In this document: in pieces, positions 9,345 through 19,300 of the stretch
Position numbering within the stretch: the first letter of the stretch is position 1
Layout: every line of letters starts with the position of its first letter
NCBI GenBank assembly: GCA_966212445.1
Contig: CBIHRJ010000010.1
Location: forward strand, 28,672-92,671
DNA length: 64,000 bases
Direction of reading: 5' to 3'
DNA from: an uncultured Noviherbaspirillum sp.
GTDB lineage: Bacteria; Pseudomonadota; Gammaproteobacteria; Burkholderiales; Burkholderiaceae_D
Notes under the pieces: model-generated
What the model saw: only the letters and a program-made list of their open reading frames with translations
The model's database searches: none
What the model was told of the DNA's origin: nothing
Translations under genes and position numbers: made by a program

Positions 9345-11528
9345 ATGGGAATTACAAGAATTGGACCCAACCTTTTTTCCGCAAACTCCGCCTGGCACCC
9401 GCCCATGGCTTCGCCTGTTTCTCGTGCCCGGCAAGCCGCGTCGTCCGGCAAGAAAAAACCCGATGGCGCCAAGGACCGGAAGAAGGCCGAGGATGCCGCC
9501 GCCTTCATCAAGAAGAAGCTCGACGATTCCGGCTGGTTCGATACTGTCTCCACCGGGGAGCTGAAACAGATAACCGCCAAACTCAAGGAGCTACGGCCCG
9601 CGCAGCGCAACCTGGCCATCGGCGAGCTGAGTAATGACACGTTGCATAAATGGGCGGACGAGATCGGCTCGCCCTGGTTAGGCACGGGACTGAATGGCGA
9701 CCAGAAATTCGATCTGTTCAACACGCTGGTGCCGTCCCTGGATGGCGCCAATCTCACGCGACTGGGGACGGAACTGACAGACGCGGATGCCGATGTCGCG
9801 CGCAAGGAATTCATCCTGTCGGTTGCCGGAGGGGCGACAGCGAAGGCAAGAGAGGCTTACCAAGACGCACTGTTGTCAGGGGATTTTTCCAGCGATGAAT
9901 TTTTCGATCAGGATTCCGTGCTTTCCGGTGAAGGGGCACTGCAAAAAAGAGTAGCGGACATCATCGACGGCGACCTGGGCCACAGGCAACTTGTCGAACT
10001 GAGCAATATCCTGGATTGTTTTCCGCGCGATGAGCGCGCCTATCAGTTTTTCGATGACGGCATGTTGTTCTCTTCAAAGAGGCTGAACAGACTTGCGGAA
10101 CGCATCAGCAATCCCGATGAGGATGCCGGATTGAACCGGAAGGAAAAGCAAAGGCTGTTCGACCTCATGTCGGCATCCATGACCGGAAAACAACTGGCCG
10201 ACATGCAGACGGCATTGACCGCACATGACTTCATACGGGCGATGGATACCAATGCTCGCCTGCGCAGGGAAACCGGCCAGGGGCAGCCGATGAATTCGAC
10301 GGATGAACTGGGCAAGGTTCTTGAAAACTACACCAACAGGAAAAGCCTGGAACGGGAAGCCAACGACCCGTCGAATTTTTCATGGTTGCCCGTATTCGAG
10401 TCGGAAGCGCAGTCCCTGGCGAAGAAAACCGTTCCACACATCCCCCAGATCAAGGCAAAAGTACCGGATGCGCCCATGTCGGCCAATGGCGATCTGTTCT
10501 TTCAATCACTCCTGAAGACCAATAAAGCCGACTCGCAAAAGATAATAGACGCCAGGAAAACGGAATACATGACGCGGATTTCCAACCATCCTGTCAACCC
10601 GGAACTGGAGAGCACCGTAAAGGCCGCCAGCCTGGATATTGCTATGAAAATGGTAGCGCAGAGGAGCGCCTCGCTCGTCTATAACGACATGGGCGCCGAG
10701 GAAGGAAACACGGACGGCGCGCGTGATATGAAGCTGTTCGGGGATGTCACGACCCGCCAGCAAAAGATAAGGAAGACCGAGTATTTCTCCGAACAGTTTT
10801 CCACCGAAGAAAACGACGTCTCCGATGCAAAATGGCTGGTGGGCAAGGCAGAAAAGCAGCTCGATCAATACTCCCGGCAATTCGGCATGCCTCATGCATT
10901 GCTTGCGGGCGTGCTCGCAGCGGAAGTGGACTTTGATACCCCTCTGGATATCAGGGATCCTGGTCATGCCGACTTTATCAATGAATCCGCATTTCGTGCT
11001 CATAGGGATTCCGCCGCCACAGCACTCGCCTATCTGGGCAGCGACAAGGTAAAGGCCGATCTGCAGGCTGCGAAACTCGACGGGGCGATCGATTACCTGG
11101 ACAGCAGCTCCGTCAAGGAATTCCTTGCCGGTGTCCGCCATGACGACTCCAATGGCGCGCTTTTCGATAAATTCAAAGAGAAGCCCGGCCCGATGGAGAT
11201 CAACTATGCATCGATCATTACGCTCAAGCTCGCCCATGAAATGTGGGACGCCGGAAAGAAAATACCGGCGTCAAACACACCGGACAATTTCGGAACCTTC
11301 CTGAAGAATCTGTCTTCCACCCAAATGGCGTCGATCTACCGGGGTTATCGCGCCGGCACCGATACCACCGGCGGATATCGCAATTACGATGTGGAGCTTG
11401 GACTTCACAAGGTATCGGGCGGCGACGATTTTGCCCGTGCCATCGGGGACCGGCGCGCCGTGATGGGTTACCAGGCCTATCAGGCTGAGCCCTACTTCGA
11501 GTACTACCTGAAATCCGGTCGCAGTTGA
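9345..11528 (+). CDS. Large hypothetical protein, paralogue 2 of the tandem pair
   Basis: 727 aa from ATG 9345. It is colinear with paralogue 1 along its full length, for example MGITRIGPNLFSANSAWHPPMASPVSRARQ and FIKKKLDDSGWFDTVSTGELKQITAKLKEL, through to the C-terminal AVMGYQAYQAEPYFEYYLKS. About 45 nt upstream of the ATG is also shared. Confidence 0.75.
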   Translation: MGITRIGPNLFSANSAWHPPMASPVSRARQAASSGKKKPDGAKDRKKAEDAAAFIKKKLDDSGWFDTVSTGELKQITAKLKELRPAQRNLAIGELSNDTLHKWADEIGSPWLGTGLNGDQKFDLFNTLVPSLDGANLTRLGTELTDADADVARKEFILSVAGGATAKAREAYQDALLSGDFSSDEFFDQDSVLSGEGALQKRVADIIDGDLGHRQLVELSNILDCFPRDERAYQFFDDGMLFSSKRLNRLAERISNPDEDAGLNRKEKQRLFDLMSASMTGKQLADMQTALTAHDFIRAMDTNARLRRETGQGQPMNSTDELGKVLENYTNRKSLEREANDPSNFSWLPVFESEAQSLAKKTVPHIPQIKAKVPDAPMSANGDLFFQSLLKTNKADSQKIIDARKTEYMTRISNHPVNPELESTVKAASLDIAMKMVAQRSASLVYNDMGAEEGNTDGARDMKLFGDVTTRQQKIRKTEYFSEQFSTEENDVSDAKWLVGKAEKQLDQYSRQFGMPHALLAGVLAAEVDFDTPLDIRDPGHADFINESAFRAHRDSAATALAYLGSDKVKADLQAAKLDGAIDYLDSSSVKEFLAGVRHDDSNGALFDKFKEKPGPMEINYASIITLKLAHEMWDAGKKIPASNTPDNFGTFLKNLSSTQMASIYRGYRAGTDTTGGYRNYDVELGLHKVSGGDDFARAIGDRRAVMGYQAYQAEPYFEYYLKSGRS

Positions 11529-11643
11529 TCGATTGTCGCAGCTGTTATGCCACTCCTCCGTTATAACGTGCCAGATGAAATCGATGGATTTTTTCGTCCG
11601 GCAAGGCGCGAGTCATCGTGCCCGTTTTGAAAGCGTCATCGCG

Positions 11644-11672
11644 GGCGGCGTCAGGTTTTGCCCGACGCCGCC
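11644..11672. terminator. GC-rich hairpin between convergent genes (paralogue 2 and tpsB)
   Basis: GGCGGCGTC (11644-11652) pairs with GACGCCGCC (11664-11672) around an 11-nt loop. It lies 5 nt beyond the tpsB stop. There is no clear U-tract on either strand. Confidence 0.35.
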
Positions 11673-11677
11673 TGTCA

Positions 11678-13375
11678 TCAAAACTGCTTGCTTGCCTGCA
11701 GCCACAATCTCGGATTGCGGTCGGCCGAGACCGGTTCCGAGATCGCCGGGCCACCGCTGGTGCGCCAGGCCGCGTAGGCTTTCATCTGCAGTCCGGCGAC
11801 ATGGGTGTTTACCCCGAATCCGGCGCCGGCAATGTTGCGGCTGTTGGCGCCAGCGGCAAACTGGTCGTGGCTGATCTTCACCGAGCCTGCATCGTAGAAG
11901 GCGACGCCCTGCAGGTTGGCCGTGAAGTCGTGGCGCAATTCCAGGTTCGCCAGCCAACCCTCATCACCGTTTCCTTCGCCTTGAGGATAGGCGCGCACGC
12001 CGTTGACGCCGCCGACCGAAAACTGCTCGGACGAGTTCAGGTTCTTGTTCGTCTGCTGACCCGAAAATGCCAGCGACAGCGTGTCCTTGCCGCTCAGGCG
12101 CTGCAGGCGATTGAGGCGGTAGGTGATCCGGCTGAAGGAGCCGCTGCTTTTCGCGGTCAGGTTGTCCACCACGAGCGATTGCGCATCCATCCCCAGGTGC
12201 CCGAATACCAGCGACACATCAATCGCACTGATACCGCCGCCGCCCAGTCCATCCTGCCGGCTGCCGGCCAACCCGAGGTTGGCAAGCTGCACGTGCTTGT
12301 CGCTGACGGTGACCGGCGCATCGGTGCGATCATTGAGTTTCTTGTCTTCCAGGGTCAGCGTGCCGAACAGGCTGGCCGACTGGCTGCGAACGATCGGATA
12401 AATCGCAAATGCGCTGGCGCTGCGTGCCTTGCCGTGGGCCTGCAGCGCGGAGAAATCCCTGCCTAGCTGATATCGGGTATCGGAGTAGGCGACGCCCACG
12501 CGCAATCCGTCGCCGCCCAGCGGGATCTGGTACGCCACCCTGCCGTAGGTCAGATCCTGGTCACTGGTCAGCGCGCGCAGCGTGAACTGGTCGCCGATCC
12601 CGAACGGGCTGTTGAAGGCCAGCGCTGCACCGAGCAGGTATTCGCCGGTGTAGCGGTTACCGGAATTGCTCAGGTCGATGCTCGCCGCATACGGTTCCGC
12701 CGGCGCCAGTTCGACCACCAGGTCCGAGGTGCCGACGCTGGCGCCTGGCTGCAGGGCAGCGCGCGCGCCGCCGACACCGGGCGTGTCGGCCAGCAGCAGC
12801 AAGGCGCGGTCCACGGGTTCCCCCTGCAGTGCATCACCGCCACGGATTGCGTCGAGATAGGGATTGGCGCGGCTGTCCGATACCCGCGACTGATTATTGA
12901 GCACTCGCTTTCCGAGTCGTCCCTCCAGCACCCGAATCGCGACTGCACCGTCCCGGATGTCCTGTGCCGGCAAAAACGCGCGCGCAACGACGTATCCACG
13001 CTCGCGGTAGTAACGGGTGATTTGCGCCGCGCCTGCATCCAGTTCGGCCAGCGTATGCGCGCCGCCGACCAGATTGTGGACGAGGGATTCCAGCTCGGCT
13101 GCGGGAAAAACCTCGTTGCCCTCGATACGAATCGCTTTGACCGCAATGCGTACGCTGTCGTTGCCAGACGGCTTGGCGACGGGTGCGCCTTCGATCCGCA
13201 GTGGCACGGTTTCCGTCGGCGCCTTCAGTTCAGGTTTCTTCTGCAGCTCGCGCATGGTCTGGCCGGCATCCGGTGCGGCCGGAGCCGCGTGGGACAGGCT
13301 GGCCAACAGGCTTAGCGTCAGTGCCGGGAGGAGGAATTGTTTCGTTGCTTGATGAATTTTCACAAGATGATCCAT
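11678..13375 (-). CDS. Two-partner secretion outer-membrane transporter (TpsB; ShlB/FhaC/HecB family)
   Basis: 565 aa from ATG 13375, 7 nt after the tpsA stop. Signal peptide LLPALTLSLLASLSHA/AP. A POTRA-like region is present (IRIEGNEVF, RYYRERGYVVARAFLP). The long beta-barrel region ends in ...WLQASKQF with a terminal aromatic residue. Confidence 0.9.
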   Translation of the reverse strand: MDHLVKIHQATKQFLLPALTLSLLASLSHAAPAAPDAGQTMRELQKKPELKAPTETVPLRIEGAPVAKPSGNDSVRIAVKAIRIEGNEVFPAAELESLVHNLVGGAHTLAELDAGAAQITRYYRERGYVVARAFLPAQDIRDGAVAIRVLEGRLGKRVLNNQSRVSDSRANPYLDAIRGGDALQGEPVDRALLLLADTPGVGGARAALQPGASVGTSDLVVELAPAEPYAASIDLSNSGNRYTGEYLLGAALAFNSPFGIGDQFTLRALTSDQDLTYGRVAYQIPLGGDGLRVGVAYSDTRYQLGRDFSALQAHGKARSASAFAIYPIVRSQSASLFGTLTLEDKKLNDRTDAPVTVSDKHVQLANLGLAGSRQDGLGGGGISAIDVSLVFGHLGMDAQSLVVDNLTAKSSGSFSRITYRLNRLQRLSGKDTLSLAFSGQQTNKNLNSSEQFSVGGVNGVRAYPQGEGNGDEGWLANLELRHDFTANLQGVAFYDAGSVKISHDQFAAGANSRNIAGAGFGVNTHVAGLQMKAYAAWRTSGGPAISEPVSADRNPRLWLQASKQF

Positions 13376-13382
13376 TTGCTGT

Positions 13383-16300
13383 TTATTTACCGTTGATTTC
13401 GAGTTCGCCCGCATCTTGCTGCGATGCTGTTCCGTCGTCCGGTAACCTGATGCCGCCATTCTCGATCGATACCGTTCCGCCCTGCGGCGCACCGACATCG
13501 GCGACCTGCACCTTCGGACTTGTGCCGGCAGGCGGTGTCGACTCGCTCGCGACGACTACCGCACCGTTATAGTTGGGCAGCACGGTGGTTCCGCCGAATG
13601 CCGCCGCGGCCTGCACCGGAACCAGCGGATTCAGCGTTAGCACACCGTCGACATAGTTGATCGTGTAGTTCCCGGAACTCAAGCCGCCGGGCACGATGGA
13701 ATAGGTGCCGAAATTGAGCGCTCCCTGCGACGTGCCGCCATACGCCAGCACGCCATTCAGAACGCTCGCACTCTCGTTGTCGACGAATCCGAGGTAGTCG
13801 ACACCGTTTCCTCCGCTGAACGGAACGCCGTCATAGATCTTGGTCTTGTCCCTGGCGGTGATCGTCAGCGCTGCGGGAGTGATGTCGGCCGTCGTCGTCG
13901 CCGTGGTATTGACGGTGTAGTTGCCGGCGTCGGTGCCGCTGAGGCCGATGCCGCTCACGCTGATGGTCTTGCCGCTGCCGGCGTTCTTGTCGGCGAAGGC
14001 TGCCGTGCCGGCGGCAACGAGCGCGTCGCCGGCAACGCGATTGTCCGCATAGCCGACGGTCGCCGCCGTGGTGCCGTCGTACACCTTGTCCACACCGTTC
14101 ACGCTCACTGTCAGCGCACGCGCCGTGATGTCGGCCGTCGTCGTCGCCGTCGTGTTGACGGTGTAGTTGCCGGCGTCGGTGCCGCTGAGGCCGATGTCGC
14201 TCACGCTGACGGTCTTGCCGCTGCCGACATTCTTGTCGGCGAAGGATGCCGTGCCGGCGGCAACGAAAGCATCGCCTGCAACGCGATTGTCCGCATAGCC
14301 GATGGTCGCCGCCGTGGTGCCGTCGTACACCTTGTCCACACCGCTCACGCTCACTGTCAGCGCACGCGCCGTGATGTCGGCCGTCGTCGTCGCCGTCGTG
14401 TTGACGGTGTAGTTGCCGGCGTCGGTGCCGCTGAGGCCGATGTCGCTCACGCTGACGGTCTTGCCGCTGCCGGCGTTCTTGTCGGCGAAGGATGCCGTGC
14501 CGGCGGCAACGAGCACGTCGCCTGCAACGCGATTGTCCGCATAGCCGATGGTCGCCGCCGTAGTGCCGTCGTACACCTTGTCCACACCGCTCACGCTCAC
14601 CGTCAGCGCACGCGCCGTGATGTCGGCTGTCACACCGGCAGGTTGCGTCAGCACGTAGTTGCCGGCGTCCGCGCCGGCGAGCGTATAGCCGCTGACCGTC
14701 ACGTCCTTGCCGGCGCCCACATTCTTGTCTGCGAACACCCCGCTCGCCGTTCCACTGATGGTGACCGCATCGCCGGACAGCGCGCTGATGGCGGCAGTGC
14801 CGCCGAGGGTCGCAGCAACGGTGCCGTCATAAACCTTGTTGGCCGCGCTGACACCGGACGTCGTCAAGCTGACCGGATCGACGGTCAGGCTGCCGTTGTT
14901 GAACTCGTACTGATACCCGAGGCTATCGGTCAGAGTGCCCGACAAGGTGATGGCGTAGGTGCCGGCCGGACGATGGCCGGCACCGGATGCGGTATATCCC
15001 TCCAGCGCCAGAACCGGTGTCCCGCTCAGCGCCGCCGTCGTGTCACCGTCGATCAGGCCGGAATAACTGGCGGAAAGCGTCGGATCTGCAGAACCGTAGG
15101 TGATCGGCGAGGGACTGCTCGGCGAAACCGTAATGGTGGGCGCGATGCTGTACAGGAACCAGTCGCCGCTTGCCGCATACGCCGGCGTGCTACCGGCCGT
15201 GTAGGACTGGTTGTAATGCTTGCCGTAACCGGACATGCCTTCCGTACTGCCGGCCGGATCGGCGGCGTAAACCAGATAACGGCCGCTGGAGGCGACGATG
15301 CCGGTGTTGGTACCGGAGACGTTGTTGACGAAATCGCGACCCGCCGCAATTACAATGTTGCCGCCGGTACTGGTCACCACACCGTCGAGCGTCACGTCGG
15401 ACGAGGCGCCCCTGCCTTCGAGCGTCATATCGCCGCCGGCAGCGATACCGGCCGCGCCCACCGTGAGATTTTTCGCAACGGCCGTGACCGAGGTCAGCGC
15501 AGTCGTGTCGCCGATGCCGGAAAGCGTCAGATCGGCGCCAGCGCCGCCACCGTCGGCAGTCGTGTCGATCATCAGCGCGTACGCGCCATTCAGGTGATTG
15601 TCGCCGAAGCTGAGCGTGCCGGCGTCGTTGGTGCCACCGCTGCGATCGGTATCGAAAGCAACCGTTGCTCCCTGCAAGGTCACGCTGGCGACGCCGGCCA
15701 GGCTGATGCCGCCGCCGTTGGTCGTGAGGCCATCGCTGATCGTGGTGGCGCCGCCAACATAGTTCTGCGCGCCTTCCGTATTTACCGAGTTGAGCGTGAT
15801 GGTACCGCTGGTACCGGTGTCATGCGAGCCTCGTACCGATGTATTGACGGCCAGCGTGTCGATATACGCACCGCCCGAATTTCCCGCTGCAAACGAGACG
15901 TTGCCTGCGGAATGCGACCAGTCCGAAGACCCGCCGTAATAGTCTGCGCCGGTGTCGGTCCCGGTATCGATATTGAGTGCAAGACCGGCAGCGGCCGCTG
16001 ACAGGCCTGCACCATCGATGGTGACCGAACCGGCGCTGCCGTTCTGGGTCGAACCCGTCGACTGCCAGGTATCGATGGTCACATTATTGGCAATGCGGAC
16101 GTCGCCGTTGAGCGTGATATCGCCCCGGTCGGAACGCAGGTCACCGTGCAGCGTGATGATCCCGCCGGCATACGACTGCGTGTTTGAACCGTAATAGTAA
16201 GTCGTGTCGACGGTCGGCAGGTCGATGCTTCCCGACGTACCGCCTGCACCACCGGTGGTATCGACGGTCATGCCCGACCCCGAGAATGGACTGTGCGAGT

Positions 16301-19300
16301 AGGTACCGTACAGGTCGACATTTCCTCCGTTCATGCCGGCAGCCGTGGTCGAGGCATTGAACACATAGCCATAGTACGAACTGCCGAACACGTTCTGGCC
16401 GCCGAAGGTGATGTTGCCGGCGCTGGCTACGTTGCCCTGCTCGGTGTCGATCGTGGTCGGATACAGCAGGTAGGAGTTGCCGGTCGAGGTGAAATCGCCG
16501 TTCAGGTAATAGTTCTGACCCAGATAGTAAATGGTGCCGTCGCTGGTGTCGCCCATGCCCTTGGCGCTGACATTGAGGCCGGACAGGTAGTCGCCGCCGC
16601 CATTGGCGGTGCCGCTGTACATCATGATCTGTCCGCCATTGCTGTCGGTCGAACCGGAGTCGACCGTGAGGGCGTGACTGCCGGCGCTGGACGAGATCGT
16701 TCCGCTAAGATAGATGCTGCCGGAATAGCCTGTGCTGGCGGTATTGGCGGCGTCGTCGGCATTGCTGTCGACCCTGACCGATTTGAGCAGTTGTATGCCG
16801 CTGCTGCCGCTCAGGAAGATCGATCCACCATTGCTCATCACATCCCCGTTCAGCTTCAGGAGGCTGCTTGCAACCGAGTACGATCCGTCGCCGACGGAAG
16901 TGCCATCGATCTGGACGGAACGGCTCTGCGCGTTGAAGGACCAGTCGCGGTTATTGGCTGCAAGGTTGACCGAGGCGGCATCGAGTGTGATCAGGCTGCC
17001 GTTGTCGGAAAAGTTGATGTCATCCGGGCCGTTCAGGTCGATCGCGACGTTCTGCGCAGCATGCCCGCCATTCAGCGTCACATCGATCGACTTGAAGTGG
17101 TCGGGGCTCAATTCGTGAATGTTGACATCTCCGCTCCGCGTGTTGAGGGACAGGGTGTTATTGGACGCACCCGCACCTTGCGCGATCTGGATATCCTTGC
17201 CGCCGCCGCCGATCGCCGCGCTTGACGAGTTGTTATACATGGCGAACTGGACATCGCCCGCAGTGATCTGCGCTACGGGCGCGGCAGCATTGTAGGCGTT
17301 CTGGGCGGCGATGACGCCTGTCGAATTGCCGTTCGCCAGCACGGCCGAGAAACTGCCTGCGCCGGCATTTACCGAATTGTCACCCAGAATGATGTCGCCG
17401 CTGTTCGCGACGACCGTGACACTGCGATTGCCGTGCGATACATCGATGCCGGTCGTGGCGCCGAACGTGCTGCCGTCGGACGCCCCGCCGGAAATCGTCG
17501 GCAGAAAGATGCCGCTGCCGTCGGTACTGTAATTGATACGGTCGCCGTTGCTGTACAGGAGGGAATGGGTACCGACTGCATGGGTATCGGTCAGGCTGAC
17601 CGACGAAAACTGGTTATCGACCGATTTCAGGTACGAGGACCCGCCCGTATTGTTCAGGCTCAGGTAATAGCCGGTGCCCAGTTCGATCGGATTGGTCGCA
17701 GTGCCGATCTCGGATGCATTCAGGGTCACGTACGAGCCACTGATATCGCCGACGCCATTGACCTGTGTGCTGCTCAGCGTACTCGATGCCGATGCAGTGA
17801 AACTCGCATCACCGACGTCCACGGATCGGTCTGCGAAGGTAATGTTGTCCGCGCTGACGACCAGATTGGTCGCCTCGACGTTGTCGCTGCCACCTGTTCT
17901 GACATTGTCGGTGCCGATATTGAGGACACCCGCGCTGTCGGTCTTGAGAATCACATGGCCGTCACCGGTACTGCCGTCGCCGCCGGCGTCGCCCATGATC
18001 TGGACGTTATGCGTGCTGTCGGCCTGGCTGCCGATATTGACGCTGATGGTCGAAAATGCCCGTTGCCCGATCTCGCTGATGTAGGAGTCGCCGGCCGTAT
18101 TGTTGACGTACAACGTATTCGACGCGGGGCTCGATCCGGCCGAAATCTTGATCGGCGCGCCCGAGCCGCCGATCGTGCCGGCGCTGAGCGTCACCGACGG
18201 CGCGGTGGAGACGATATCCGGCGTGGACGCATCCGCGTTGCTGGTCAGGATACGATCGGCGTTCACATTGATATAGTTGTAGTAGTACTTGGTGCTGCCG
18301 TCGTTGTAGTTCGGAAAGGTCGAAAAGCCGGCACGCAGGCTGTTGTCCGCCAGCGTGACCGTGCCGTTCATCAGGATATCCAGCATGCCGCCTTCGACAT
18401 CGACAAAGCTGCCGGAGGCCATGTTGAGGTCCTGTCCCTTCCGGGTGACGTTGTTGCCGCTCATCTCGCCGGCGTAGAAATTTCCTCCCTTGGTGGTGAT
18501 CCGGCCGCCGGAACCGAAGTTGACGTTGCCGGCGCCACTGCCGTCCGCGTCTGAGGTCAGCACGGCATTCAGGCGCCCCGACGAACTGGAAATCTCGGCA
18601 TTCACGTTGACGTCATTGGCTGCCGACAGGGTCAGCGTCGATGCCGACGAACCCGTTTTCTTGATCGCGGCATCGACCGTGATATCGCCTGCCGACGAAC
18701 CGGTGGAGCCTGTGGTGATGGTGACATTGGTTCCTGCATCCAGCGACGAGACGATGCTGCTCGCAAGGATGACCGAGTCGGCAGCCGGTGTGAAACTGTC
18801 GCTGTAAGCGGTACCGCTTGCGCCGGATTCGGCGATCGTCACGTTGCTGGGATCGAGCAGCCAGTTGCCGGCCGCGCCCGCAGGCGCGCCGGTGTCGACG
18901 ACGCCGAGCGCCTGCAGCCTGTCGTGGCTCGATGTCTCGACCATGCCGCCATTGCCGCCGACCGCTCCGCCTTTTGCGCGGATGGTTCCGTTGAACGCAG
19001 TGTAGTCCTGCGACCACAGTACGGCTGTTCCGCCGTCACCCTTGCCGGTGGCGCTGACGTCGATCACGGCGCCCTGGTGCATGACCACGGCGGAAGCATT
19101 GCCGACCGACGTATCCTGGCCCCGCAGGCCGCCGCCAACCAGTACCGTGCCGCCGCCCGATTCACCGGTGGCATTGATATGTGCACCGTCGTTCAGCCGC
19201 ACACGGTCACCGGTAACTGCCACAGTACCGCCCTTGCCGCCGGCCGAGGACACATCCAGCGTGCCTCCAGCCTCGACCAGCCCGGCCTGCGCATCTCCCA

